From the IMG/VR virus record IMGVR_UViG_3300044627_003356: a stretch of 64,000 nt of DNA. One strand, written 5' to 3'. The notes beneath the pieces were generated by a model. The model was not told where the DNA came from and ran no database searches. It saw only the letters and a program-made list of their open reading frames with translations. This DNA comes from a virus. Shown piece by piece: positions 1-9,087 of the stretch. The first letter of the stretch is position 1. The number at the start of each line of letters is the position of its first letter. The position numbers and the translations under genes are program-made.

Positions 1-2
1 TC

Positions 3-401
3 TTCATCAATAACGATGTTTTTGGTTGTAGTGGTTTGAGTTGATGCATCGTATTGTGTAACAATTTTTTCATAATGTTGCACAGTTGAATAAGGATTAA
101 ATGAAGTATACTTATTTGCTATGTAAGCATCAAAATCATTAGTTGATAATGGCCAATCCCATTGTGGGTCTGTTATTTGATTTGCAAATAAAACAATCCA
201 ATATCGATAAGAATCACCATAGTATTTGTATGCCACAATTTCAGGTGTGTCACCATCTTGCACATCGTAGTCATAATACACCATTGGATTTTTTAATATC
301 TCAGGTATAATGGAACACCGAGCCATCAAATCGGTCATAACAACAGAATTACGATTTGCGTCTGTCTTTATAATTTTTGGTAATGTATTAAAATATTGCA
401 T
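3..401 (-). CDS. gp53: Baseplate wedge subunit gp53 (partial, runs off window)
   Basis: Manual translation MQYFNTLPKII...YDVQDGDTPEIVAYKYYGDSYRYWIVLFANQITDPQWDWPL is typical of gp53; adjacent to gp48. Confidence 0.85.
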   Translation of the reverse strand, partial: MQYFNTLPKIIKTDANRNSVVMTDLMARCSIIPEILKNPMVYYDYDVQDGDTPEIVAYKYYGDSYRYWIVLFANQITDPQWDWPLSTNDFDAYIANKYTSFNPYSTVQHYEKIVTQYDASTQTTTTKNIVIDE

Positions 402-402
402 T

Positions 403-1347
403 TTAATATCCCTGTTCTATTCTATCTCTTGTCAAGAGTTCGATTTCTTTAAAATTAATAGTTAATTGAATTTGAGTTGGTGCACCATCAGATTGAGTGG
501 TAAAACCATTTGGTGCATAATTCACATCAATATTTTCTATAACACTTTTTGTTATCTTATTAATTTTTTTATTTTCTTGACCATTAAAAAAGAATTTTGG
601 TGTAAAAATAGAGGGTGGTACAAAAAACATACCGGCTGAACCTGTAGCAAGTCGAGGAGCGGCATGAACTTTAAATAGTTTAATAATCTTTTCTACAGTT
701 GCGGCTTCTTGTCTTGAATATGGTGTAAATGTAAAAGCCATTTGATAAGTTCTAAAATCAATACCTTCAAACAAAATTTGTTGTTGTGGGTTAAAAGCGT
801 AACCTTGACCTCTTAATAATAATTTGGCTGGTCCTGAATTAATGGCTCCCAAAACAGTTTTAGCTGCTTTACCAATAATAGGTGTTTGTTGTGCTGCAGT
901 GGCTAAACTTAATTTGTCATACTGAGCTGCATATGTAAAGTTTACTGTTTCTGGAATATATAATGAAATTGTTCCAACTGTTTTTAATTCTGGCTGAGTG
1001 AACTGAACTGATTTTAAAATACTGTTCGGATCTTCACGAAACTTAGAAATACCACTAGCTAATTGATTGTATGTTTCTAAAGGACTCGTAATTGCATCTG
1101 TGATTCCAGCGGCCGCTGACTTGGCTGCACCAAGAAGTTTATCTGTTACTTCATTAAATGTGGCTGGTTTAATTTCACCAATTGTAAACTGAACATAATG
1201 GCCTCTGGTGGCCGATTGCAAATCTCTTGGATACTGTAAATCGGTTCGACCAAACTTGTTTTGATAAAGAGCACCAAGTGGTCCGTTGACTACTGCACCG
1301 GGTATGGATACACCGCCGATGGATGTTGGTATTGAAATGATAGCCAT
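403..1347 (-). CDS. gp48: Baseplate tail-tube cap gp48-like
   Basis: FNPQQQILFEGIDFRTYQMAFTFTP ... VNYAPNG ... LTINFKEIELLTR; baseplate context. Confidence 0.8.
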   Translation of the reverse strand: MAIISIPTSIGGVSIPGAVVNGPLGALYQNKFGRTDLQYPRDLQSATRGHYVQFTIGEIKPATFNEVTDKLLGAAKSAAAGITDAITSPLETYNQLASGISKFREDPNSILKSVQFTQPELKTVGTISLYIPETVNFTYAAQYDKLSLATAAQQTPIIGKAAKTVLGAINSGPAKLLLRGQGYAFNPQQQILFEGIDFRTYQMAFTFTPYSRQEAATVEKIIKLFKVHAAPRLATGSAGMFFVPPSIFTPKFFFNGQENKKINKITKSVIENIDVNYAPNGFTTQSDGAPTQIQLTINFKEIELLTRDRIEQGY

Positions 1348-1380
1348 TAGGTTGTCCTAAAAGAGAGATACATAATACTA

Positions 1381-1388
1381 TATTTATG
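1381..1388 (-). promoter_or_regulatory. T4-type late promoter (CATAAATA) for gp48-gp53
   Basis: NATAAATA motif about 35 nt upstream of gp48 start. Confidence 0.6.
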
Positions 1389-1823
1389 GCATATTCTGGA
1401 CGATTTACACCCTCTAACCCCCAAAAATACATTGGGGATTATAATAATATCATCTACCGCAGTTCGTGGGAGGTGAGGTTTATGCATCATTTTGATAAAG
1501 CCGATTGGTGTGTTTCGTGGTCAAGTGAAGAAACTGCCATTCCTTATATGTCACCAGTAGACGGCCGATACCATAGATACTTTCCTGATTTCATAATTAA
1601 AGTTCGTACCAAAGATGGCATTTTAAAGACATGGATGGTTGAAGTTAAACCAAAAAAACAGACACAGCCACCAGAAAAACAAAAAAGAGTGACAAAACGA
1701 TATATTACGGAAGTGACAACCTGGGGAGTTAATCAGGCAAAGTGGCAACAAGCTAAAGAATATTGTGCGGACCGAGGCTGGGACTTTGTAATATTAACGG
1801 AGGATCACCTACCGTCTTTTTAG
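1386..1823 (+). CDS. gp4: Head completion nuclease gp4 (TnsA-like)
   Basis: MAYSGRFTPSNPQKYIGD..IIYRSSWE, WSSEE, HRYFPDF, EVKPKKQT, NQAKW. Confidence 0.9.
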   Translation: MAYSGRFTPSNPQKYIGDYNNIIYRSSWEVRFMHHFDKADWCVSWSSEETAIPYMSPVDGRYHRYFPDFIIKVRTKDGILKTWMVEVKPKKQTQPPEKQKRVTKRYITEVTTWGVNQAKWQQAKEYCADRGWDFVILTEDHLPSF

Positions 1824-2210
1824 TGCTTCCCTAATTAAAGCCAATTCTCGCATTTTTTGCTTAGTTTCTTCTGAATGTCCTTTTCCTTTTCGTGTTTTAG
1901 ACATCTTTAGTTTTGTTTCTTCGGAAGCTTTCTTACCAGTTTGTTTTAAAGATATTTTCTTTTTTGTTTCTAGAGTATGTTTTCCAGAAAAACCTTTGCA
2001 TTTACCTTTTAAACTATTGCTTATATTCTTTCTTTGTTGTTCTGTGTATTTGTAACCTGTGGTACCCATAGTTGCACCACCCCAACCGTTGTGGTTATAT
2101 TCAAAGCAGACGTCCTCATATTCTCTTGGTGTATATTCTATGTTGAAATGTCTACAAAGATTAATATCTACTATTCTTTGTTCTTCTTTGGTGAGCTTAT
2201 AAATACTCAT
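1809..2210 (-). CDS. NUMOD3-repeat DNA-binding protein (homing-endonuclease remnant, no obvious nuclease domain)
   Basis: Repeated HTLETKKKIS / ASEETKLKMS / HSEETKQKM motifs; inserted antisense between gp4 and gp2. Confidence 0.7.
   Translation of the reverse strand: MSIYKLTKEEQRIVDINLCRHFNIEYTPREYEDVCFEYNHNGWGGATMGTTGYKYTEQQRKNISNSLKGKCKGFSGKHTLETKKKISLKQTGKKASEETKLKMSKTRKGKGHSEETKQKMRELALIREALKRR
2198..2205 (+). promoter_or_regulatory. Late promoter TATAAATA for gp2-gp54-gp26 operon
   Basis: Exact T4 late consensus upstream of gp2. Confidence 0.65.
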
Positions 2211-2269
2211 ACTGGCATTCCTTTACAATGTTAGAGTAGGCGGATACCGTTAATATCGTGGCCTACACC

Positions 2270-2277
2270 TATTTATA
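2270..2277 (-). promoter_or_regulatory. Late promoter TATAAATA for NUMOD3 gene, followed by leader hairpin
   Basis: Exact consensus; GTAGGC...GCCTAC stem at 2236-2266. Confidence 0.6.
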
Positions 2278-2292
2278 ACACTTGGAAATATA

Positions 2293-2877
2293 TTGAGCTC
2301 TAAACTTACACAACTAGCAAGACAAAAAACCGCTTCGGAACTTCAAACGATGAGCCGAGATGCTTATCGTTGGATGACCAAGAAGATTAGTTCGCTTAGT
2401 AATCCTACAGGCATCGCTTCTACGATTGCACGAGAAGATAGAGGTAATCACTTTTACAATGGTGGTTTATATTTCTTTTATTATGATCCAAAAACAAAAG
2501 CAGATTTACCATATTATGACCGATTTCCATTGGTATTGGTACTCAACATTGAGGCAGATAGTTTTACTGGTTTGAACCTGCATTATTTACCAATTCAGTA
2601 CCGAGTCGCCTTTTTGGATAAATTGATGGATTTTGCGGTAGTTGACGGCAATAAAGACATACAGCGTATGAATGTCACCTACGACATATTAAACGCCTCC
2701 AGACGGTTTAAAGAGTTTAAACCATGCTTCAAAAAGTATCTGATGAGCCATGTTCAGTCAAAAATACTTGCCGTGCAGCCAAATGAATGGGACGTTGCGG
2801 CATTCTTGCCAATTCAACAGTTTAGAAAAGCTTCCACATCTCAGGTGTGGCAAGAATCACTAGAGCAGATACGATAA
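2293..2877 (+). CDS. gp2: DNA end protector protein gp2
   Basis: YFFYYDPKTKADLPYYDRFPLV, GLNLHYLP, FKPCFKKYL. Confidence 0.9.
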   Translation: MSSKLTQLARQKTASELQTMSRDAYRWMTKKISSLSNPTGIASTIAREDRGNHFYNGGLYFFYYDPKTKADLPYYDRFPLVLVLNIEADSFTGLNLHYLPIQYRVAFLDKLMDFAVVDGNKDIQRMNVTYDILNASRRFKEFKPCFKKYLMSHVQSKILAVQPNEWDVAAFLPIQQFRKASTSQVWQESLEQIR

Positions 2878-2886
2878 GGAAACAAA

Positions 2887-3597
2887 ATGGCAGGTTCGAT
2901 TACCGAATTTAAAGCAAGTTTTAGAAAAGAAATTGCACGACCAAATAAGTTTGATGTCAACATTCCTGTTCCATTAACTTTGATACCTTATGTCAATAAT
3001 GCAAAGAGTTTGAACTATCGGTGTGAAAGTGCTAGTTTACCTGGCAGGTCTTTGGCAACAACAGAACAAAAGATTGGTTCAAATCCTGTTGAGAAATATC
3101 CTTATCTTACAACATTTAATGATATACAATTAACATTCATTGTTGATGATGATATGAGCCAAAAGGTATTTTTTGACGCTTGGTTAAACTTTATCAACCC
3201 ACAATACAATTACAATTTTAGATACAAAGGTGATTATGCAACAGTTATTACTGTAAATCAGTATGACGTTACGAATCAAATATCATATTCTTGTAATTTA
3301 TATGATGCTTATCCTGTTTCTATTGAAGCTTTAGATTTAGATTGGGCGGTTGATGGTTATCACAAACTAAGAGTTACTTTTGCATACACATACTGGCAGA
3401 ACAATTCGTTGCAGGCTTACGGTATGCAATTGGTTGATGCCGGTATTGCAGCTGTTTCTGATGCAATTGGTGGTTTAGGTGGTAATGCAATTGGTGCTTT
3501 AGGTCAAGCGGGTAATTTAATTCCAAATTCCTTAGCGACTCAAAATATACCTTCAATACCAAACGAGCAGACACCAAGGCAACTACCGAATGTGTAA
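2887..3597 (+). CDS. gp54: Baseplate tail-tube initiator gp54 / tail tube-like
   Basis: ARPNKFDV, CESASLPG, YDAYPVSI...LDW, VTFAYTYW. Confidence 0.75.
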   Translation: MAGSITEFKASFRKEIARPNKFDVNIPVPLTLIPYVNNAKSLNYRCESASLPGRSLATTEQKIGSNPVEKYPYLTTFNDIQLTFIVDDDMSQKVFFDAWLNFINPQYNYNFRYKGDYATVITVNQYDVTNQISYSCNLYDAYPVSIEALDLDWAVDGYHKLRVTFAYTYWQNNSLQAYGMQLVDAGIAAVSDAIGGLGGNAIGALGQAGNLIPNSLATQNIPSIPNEQTPRQLPNV

Positions 3598-3628
3598 TAA
3601 TTTTATTAATTTATTATAGGAGTTAATT

Positions 3629-4354
3629 ATGGCTTTACCAAAACTTGACGTGCCGACATATGAAATTGAGTTGCCGGTTTCAAAAACTAAAATTAAATAT
3701 AGACCGTTTCTTGTTAAAGAACAAAGAAATCTATTAATGGCGATTGAATCGTCTGAATCGTCTACCATTCAACAGAACATTAAAGACATTTTGTATAACT
3801 GCACACTTACTGAAGGTGTGAACATAGAGAAGTTGCCCATCATTGATGTTGAATATTACTTCGTCAATCTTCGTGCCAAATCAGTTGGTGAGATAGTTGA
3901 ATCACGGTATCGTTGTAATAATGTGGTTGACGATGTTGAATGTGGTAATATTATGGAGAAAGAAGTTGATTTAACTCAAATTCAGGTACAAATGAATGAA
4001 GATGTTTCGGCTGAGATTAATCTCACATCAAACATTTCAATTAAGTTAAAGTATCCAGAGTTTGGTATTGTTAAAGATTCTTTGCAATATGAAAATATTA
4101 ATGATGTCACCTTTCATATGATTGCACAGAGTATTGAATACATTTATGATGGTGAACAATTTTACTACGCAACTGAATCAACACCAGAAGAATTAATGGA
4201 GTTTGTTGAAGGTTTAAACCAAGAACAATTTGGTAAGATAGAAAACTTTTTTAATAATTTACCAAAACTAAAAGAAACATTAGATATTAAATGTAACAAA
4301 TGTGGTTTTGACCACAAAATTGAAGTAGAAGGACTTGAAAGTTTTTTCGTTTAA
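3629..4354 (+). CDS. gp26: Baseplate hub assembly protein gp26
   Basis: MALPKLDVPTYEIELP, YRPFLVKE, LRAKSVGE, CNKCG...IEVEGLESFF. Confidence 0.9.
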   Translation: MALPKLDVPTYEIELPVSKTKIKYRPFLVKEQRNLLMAIESSESSTIQQNIKDILYNCTLTEGVNIEKLPIIDVEYYFVNLRAKSVGEIVESRYRCNNVVDDVECGNIMEKEVDLTQIQVQMNEDVSAEINLTSNISIKLKYPEFGIVKDSLQYENINDVTFHMIAQSIEYIYDGEQFYYATESTPEELMEFVEGLNQEQFGKIENFFNNLPKLKETLDIKCNKCGFDHKIEVEGLESFFV

Positions 4355-4539
4355 TATTTCGTCATGACAATTTAAAGAATTACTATAAGACAAACTTTGC
4401 GTTGATACATCACCATAAGTATAGTTTGTCAGAGCTTGAAAATATGATGCCTTGGGAGCGGGACATTTACGTTTCTATGTTGATTGCGTATATTGAAGAA
4501 GAAAACCAAAAGATACGGGAAAGACAAAGAAAAAAGTAA
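4342..4539 (+). CDS. gp51: gp51-like hub assembly chaperone, in the -1 frame of gp26 and probably reached by frameshift
   Basis: Manual translation FFRLIFRHDNLKNYYKTNFALIHHHKYSLSELENMMPWERDIYVSMLIAYIEEENQK; no ATG before the conserved N-terminal half; missing from ORF track. Confidence 0.75.
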   Translation, partial: FFRLIFRHDNLKNYYKTNFALIHHHKYSLSELENMMPWERDIYVSMLIAYIEEENQKIRERQRKK

Positions 4540-6183
4540 ATGGAATACGGCAAAGCTGAAGGCATACGAAAAAAAGGACTAGCAGGCCTCATCACCGACA
4601 ATTTGGTTGAAGGTCAAGGCATTGGTTCGTCTTTTGGTTCTGCTATATCCGATAGAACCAAAGCCACATTCACTGGCATTCAAGAAAAGTTCGACCCACT
4701 CAATATTGCCAAGAAACTTACTGGCGGTTCTAATCTAGCACCAGCACTTCTCGGCCGTTTAATGGGTCGTAAACAATCCACAATAGAACATTTTGCCAAA
4801 CCAAGAAAAAGACCTTCTGCACGAGGAGTTAATTTTGAAACTGGTGGTGCATTAGAAGAAGGTGGTGAAGCAACTAAAGTATTGGGAATGATTTATGAAG
4901 AATTAAAAATGGCTGAAGAAACTCGAAAGTCATTGGCCAAAGCCAGAAGAAATGAAGATGATGCAAATGAGGAAAGAGAAACACAAAGAAATAAAGCCAT
5001 CATTGCAGCTTTGACGGTCAGAAAGAAAAAAGAAGAAGAAGATAAAAAGAAAAGAAAAAAGAAAGAAGAAGTAAAAGAAAAACCTGGTGCACCAACAAAA
5101 CCTACACCACCAGGTAAAGGTAAAGGCAAAGGTAAAAAACCTGCTAAAGAAGCACCAAAAGAACCTGCTAAAGAAGCACCAAAGCCTCCTACTAAAGAAG
5201 CACCAAAGCCACCAGTTAAAGAAGCACCAAAGCCTCCTGCTAAAGAAGCAGAAAAACCCACGGCCGCACCTGCACCAAAACCAGAAGTAAAGCCACCCTC
5301 GGCAGCGCCTGCTCCCAAGCCTGAAGTTAAGCCGTCAACTACGGCACCTGCACCAAAACCAGAAGTAAAACCACCAACAGCAACACCAACTGCTAAACCT
5401 CCAATAGTTGGTGGTGCGGCAGGTAAACTAGGTGGGTCTGCAGCAATCGTCATTTCTTCATTGGCTGCTGCTGGCCTTTCTTCTAAAGCACAAGCAAATG
5501 TATTGGCACAAGTAAAATCAGAATCTAATTTCGTGGCAAAAAGTGAAAATTTAAATTATTCTTCCGCAAAAGCAATTCAAAATACTTTTGGTAAAAATAG
5601 AATACCTAGTGAAGAATTTGCTCAACAATTTGTTAAAAATCCAGAAGCACTAGCAAATCATGTATATGCAAAAACAGATGGTAATTCTCAACCAGGTGAC
5701 GGGTGGAAATATAGAGGCCGAGGTTTTTTACAAATTACAGGAAAAAATGCATATAAATCTTTAGGTGATTATCTTAAAATGGATTTAATTTCTAATCCAG
5801 ATTTACTTAATAGTCCTGAAGTTGCTGCAAAATCTATACCTTGGTTCTTTTTAAATTATAAATCATATTTAACTAAAGGAGATCCAAAATCTCTTGAAAA
5901 TATATCATTAGTAAATAAAGCCGTTGGTTTTTCTGATCCTACAGGTGAAAAAGCTACCAAACGAGCGGAATTGGCTTTAGAATTTGAATCACAAGGTTTA
6001 AACACCGGTAATCAAATTAACGCAGCTTCTGTTGAAAATAAAGATTTGAAACAAACTGAATCAGATAAGAATGCAAACATTGTAAATACCACCAATGTTA
6101 ATCAAACAAATAATACACAACAAACAAATAAAAAACAAAAAGAGAATGACAGGCCAGCAATTCTTGAAAAGAGTAAAGGTTAA
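4540..6183 (+). CDS. Tape-measure/hub-like virion protein with Pro/Lys-rich linker and C-terminal GH19 lysozyme domain
   Basis: ENLNYS, GDGWKYRGRGFLQITGKNAY GH19 motif; KEAPKPP repeats; follows gp26/51. Confidence 0.7.
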   Translation: MEYGKAEGIRKKGLAGLITDNLVEGQGIGSSFGSAISDRTKATFTGIQEKFDPLNIAKKLTGGSNLAPALLGRLMGRKQSTIEHFAKPRKRPSARGVNFETGGALEEGGEATKVLGMIYEELKMAEETRKSLAKARRNEDDANEERETQRNKAIIAALTVRKKKEEEDKKKRKKKEEVKEKPGAPTKPTPPGKGKGKGKKPAKEAPKEPAKEAPKPPTKEAPKPPVKEAPKPPAKEAEKPTAAPAPKPEVKPPSAAPAPKPEVKPSTTAPAPKPEVKPPTATPTAKPPIVGGAAGKLGGSAAIVISSLAAAGLSSKAQANVLAQVKSESNFVAKSENLNYSSAKAIQNTFGKNRIPSEEFAQQFVKNPEALANHVYAKTDGNSQPGDGWKYRGRGFLQITGKNAYKSLGDYLKMDLISNPDLLNSPEVAAKSIPWFFLNYKSYLTKGDPKSLENISLVNKAVGFSDPTGEKATKRAELALEFESQGLNTGNQINAASVENKDLKQTESDKNANIVNTTNVNQTNNTQQTNKKQKENDRPAILEKSKG

Positions 6184-6185
6184 GA

Positions 6186-7556
6186 ATGAACTACGAACAA
6201 GCCGATAGAATAAGAAAAAAAACATTATCAGATAGAATCTCTGAGAAAATGGTCGGTGGAGAATCTTTTGGTAAATCCATTTCTAAATCCGTTTCAGAAG
6301 GCAGCCAAGCAAGAATGACAAACTTAAAGAAAAAGTTTGATCCAATGAACATTGCTAAATTTATGACTGGTGGTTCAAATTTAGCTCCTGCTCTTGTTGG
6401 TAGATTGATGGGTAGAAGTGAAAAGGATATGAAATATTTTACCGGTAAACAAGGTAAAATGGATACAGCATCAAAGATAAAACCCACTCGTGAAAATGAA
6501 GAAGGTATGTTAGAGATGCTGAATGAGATTTATCTTTTGTTAGAAGATTCTCGACACTCACTTAAAAATCTATCACCAACAGAAGAAGAAATATTTGAAA
6601 GGGAATTAAAAGCTAAACAACGGCATAAAGAATTGCTTGAGGCTTTAAAATATAAAACAACAAAAGAAGAAACGGCAACAAAGAAAGAAGAACCAGATGT
6701 TTCAATATTTGATAATATCTTGGATATGTTTGGATTAAAAGACCTTGGTAAATTAGCAATTAGAGGATTGGGAAGTTTAGCAACAGCCGCTGTTACTGGT
6801 GCTGGTGGAGTTTTATTAGGCGGAGCAGCTGCAGCTGGTATTGCTTATTTCATGTATAAAGTTTTGACTGATGAATCCAGTTACGATAAAGATCCAAACT
6901 CACCTTTTAATTTGGCCTTAAAACAAGCAGAATCAGTTGGTGGCCTTGCCGGTGTTAAAGATGAGGAAGACCGTATTAGAAAACTTCCTGAATATGAAAA
7001 AACAAAAGCTGAAATTGCCAATTTTGAAAAGAACTATAATGAAAGTGAAAAATTAAATGATGCACAATTAAAAGGATATGCAGAGAGAGGTCCAGAAGCT
7101 GCACGAGCAGTTCAAGATTATAAAATTGAAAGAGATAAGTTACTTGGCAAACCGGCTACGGTACCAACATCAGCAACACCAAAGGCTGATTCAGGACCCA
7201 CAGCGACACCAAAGGCTGATTCAGGACCCACAGCGACACCAAAGGCTGATTCAGGACCCACAGCGACACCAAAGGCTGATTCAGGACCCACAGCGACACC
7301 AACGGCTTCAGCAGAATCTTCCGACACGGCCACACCAATGCCTTCGGCGCCTGCATCAGCAGCCGTAATGCCAGCAACTAATGAGAATTTAGAAATGAAT
7401 TTACCAACGGATTCAACTTCGGCTAATGAAACAATCAATACAACAAATATCAATGCACAAAATCAACCATCTCAAAGTGTTACCGAGATTCCTTCAGTAA
7501 GGAATATGGAAGAAACATTTCAAAGAATGATATTATACAGCACCAGAGTCGTATAA
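6186..7556 (+). CDS. Tape-measure/hub-like virion protein, N-terminal paralog of 4540..6183
   Basis: Shared KFDP(L/M)NIAKxxTGGSNLAPALxGRLMGR block; hydrophobic Gly/Ala segment. Confidence 0.6.
   Translation: MNYEQADRIRKKTLSDRISEKMVGGESFGKSISKSVSEGSQARMTNLKKKFDPMNIAKFMTGGSNLAPALVGRLMGRSEKDMKYFTGKQGKMDTASKIKPTRENEEGMLEMLNEIYLLLEDSRHSLKNLSPTEEEIFERELKAKQRHKELLEALKYKTTKEETATKKEEPDVSIFDNILDMFGLKDLGKLAIRGLGSLATAAVTGAGGVLLGGAAAAGIAYFMYKVLTDESSYDKDPNSPFNLALKQAESVGGLAGVKDEEDRIRKLPEYEKTKAEIANFEKNYNESEKLNDAQLKGYAERGPEAARAVQDYKIERDKLLGKPATVPTSATPKADSGPTATPKADSGPTATPKADSGPTATPKADSGPTATPTASAESSDTATPMPSAPASAAVMPATNENLEMNLPTDSTSANETINTTNINAQNQPSQSVTEIPSVRNMEETFQRMILYSTRVV
7171..7302 (+). repeat. 30-bp coding tandem repeat, 4 full units plus a partial (ATPKADSGPT)
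   Basis: cagcgacaccaaaggctgattcaggaccca repeated head to tail without spacers. Confidence 0.95.
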
Positions 7557-7560
7557 TAAC

Positions 7561-7600
7561 CAAAAGAAAACCACACCGTATCTTTCGACAGAGGGTGTGG
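7561..7600 (-). terminator. Rho-independent terminator between convergent tail operon and gp32
   Basis: CCACACC...GGTGTGG stem with a T-rich tail on the minus strand. Confidence 0.65.
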
Positions 7601-7624
7601 CCGTGTTACTCTTATATAGAAGAA

Positions 7625-8512
7625 TTAATCTTCTTCAGCTAACTTGCTGAAATATGCCATATCATCATCTTCCGATTCATCTTTAAAAGGAGAATCATTA
7701 GATTTAGTTTTGGCGTCAAAGTTCTTCGCTTTGGTTTGTTCTACGGTTGTCTTTGGTGCTTCACCATTGAGACCTAGAACTTTATCAAGGCGTTGTTTCA
7801 GAACATCATATGACTTGAATTCTTTATCAGAAGTCATCTCAGACAAAGAGAACTCTGACTTCCAAATCTTTTCCAATTCATCATCATCACTCAACAATGG
7901 AGATGATGATTCAAATTCAGACTTGTCATAGTTCTGATAACCTTCAACCTTACGAATCTTTAATTTGAAGTTGGCACCTTTCCATAAATCAAATGGATTG
8001 ACTGCTGTTTCATCTTCAAACTGAGGATTCATCGCTTCAGTAATCTTATCAAAGATTTTCTTACCAAACTTAAACAATTTAACCTGACCTTCATTCTCAG
8101 GATGTTTTGGGTCGGACACAATATAAACGTTGGCAATGTAATTTAGTTTACGTTTTTGTTTACGAACAATATCTTTATTCGCTTCGATACCAGAATTCCA
8201 CAATGCAGAATTGTGTTCACACACAGGACATTGTTGATTTTTGGTGGTTAAACAGTTATCAATTAACCAACCACCAGGACCTTGAAATCCATGTGAGAAT
8301 ACTTTGACCCATGGTAATGCATCATCGCCATCTACAGCAGGTGCTGGTAGAAAACGAATCGTAGCCATGCCGTTGCCAGCTTTGTCTACTTCTGGTCGCC
8401 AGAAATTATCGGATTTTTCGTTACCCTCGGATGAGGTATTGAGTGCCTCGATTGCTTTAGATAACTTATCGAGGTTGCCAGATTGGCGTTTGAGGTTCGC
8501 AAATGAACTCAT
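7625..8512 (-). CDS. gp32: Single-stranded DNA-binding protein gp32
   Basis: DKAGNGMATIRFLP, HGFQGPGGW, CPVCE, GANFKLK, acidic C-terminal tail. Confidence 0.97.
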   Translation of the reverse strand: MSSFANLKRQSGNLDKLSKAIEALNTSSEGNEKSDNFWRPEVDKAGNGMATIRFLPAPAVDGDDALPWVKVFSHGFQGPGGWLIDNCLTTKNQQCPVCEHNSALWNSGIEANKDIVRKQKRKLNYIANVYIVSDPKHPENEGQVKLFKFGKKIFDKITEAMNPQFEDETAVNPFDLWKGANFKLKIRKVEGYQNYDKSEFESSSPLLSDDDELEKIWKSEFSLSEMTSDKEFKSYDVLKQRLDKVLGLNGEAPKTTVEQTKAKNFDAKTKSNDSPFKDESEDDDMAYFSKLAEED

Positions 8513-8576
8513 AATTTACTTCCTTTCGTATAAACGGATTATTAACGGTGTATAAAACGGCTTGTCCACATTATTC

Positions 8577-8605
8577 ATTATATAAGAATATTTATCCAAT
8601 GTCAA
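8577..8605 (-). promoter_or_regulatory. sigma70-type promoter of gp32
   Basis: TTGACA-N17-TATAAT exact; overlaps a GATAAATA late-like motif. Confidence 0.8.
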
Positions 8606-9087
8606 GTATACATTTTCAAAATACCGATGGTGGTCATAGCATCAGTATGAAGTATACCAATACCACCCTCTACTCTCCATTGGTCGATGTTCTGTGAAGT
8701 ATCATCAATCAATAGTGAATTTTCATTAGAGAAATCTCTCTTAAATCTTTTACCTGGTACTAAATTAACAGGAAACTCAATGTTGTGTTTATTCAACCAA
8801 TCAATTTTTTGTTCTCTAATTTCTGCATCACGCTTTTCGGATGATGTTGAAGATAGAATCTCTGTTGGTATTGATAATGACCTGAGGTAGTTAATTAGCA
8901 TCAGAGCATCAGGCATTAAATCTAATTTGGCAAACTGTCTTTCAGCAATGAACATGGTAAAAAACTTATCAAATGTTTTGTATGTGTCTGCATCTTTTGG
9001 TTCAATCTTATACAATTCTTTGTATCGCTTATTGAAATCAGCAATCACACCATCCATGTCCAAGTAAATCTTGGTAATCTTATGCAT
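8602..9087 (-). CDS. HAD-family 5'(3')-nucleotidase
   Basis: IYLDMDGVIADF and LLIDD motifs. Confidence 0.8.
   Translation of the reverse strand: MHKITKIYLDMDGVIADFNKRYKELYKIEPKDADTYKTFDKFFTMFIAERQFAKLDLMPDALMLINYLRSLSIPTEILSSTSSEKRDAEIREQKIDWLNKHNIEFPVNLVPGKRFKRDFSNENSLLIDDTSQNIDQWRVEGGIGILHTDAMTTIGILKMYT

Noticed and set aside
4893-5453. Long antisense Gly/Ala-rich ORF
   Set aside because: Shadow of the Pro/Lys repeat linker on the plus strand
7171-7302. 30-bp repeats as a CRISPR array
   Set aside because: Units are head to tail with no spacers and are in frame within a protein (ATPKADSGPT)
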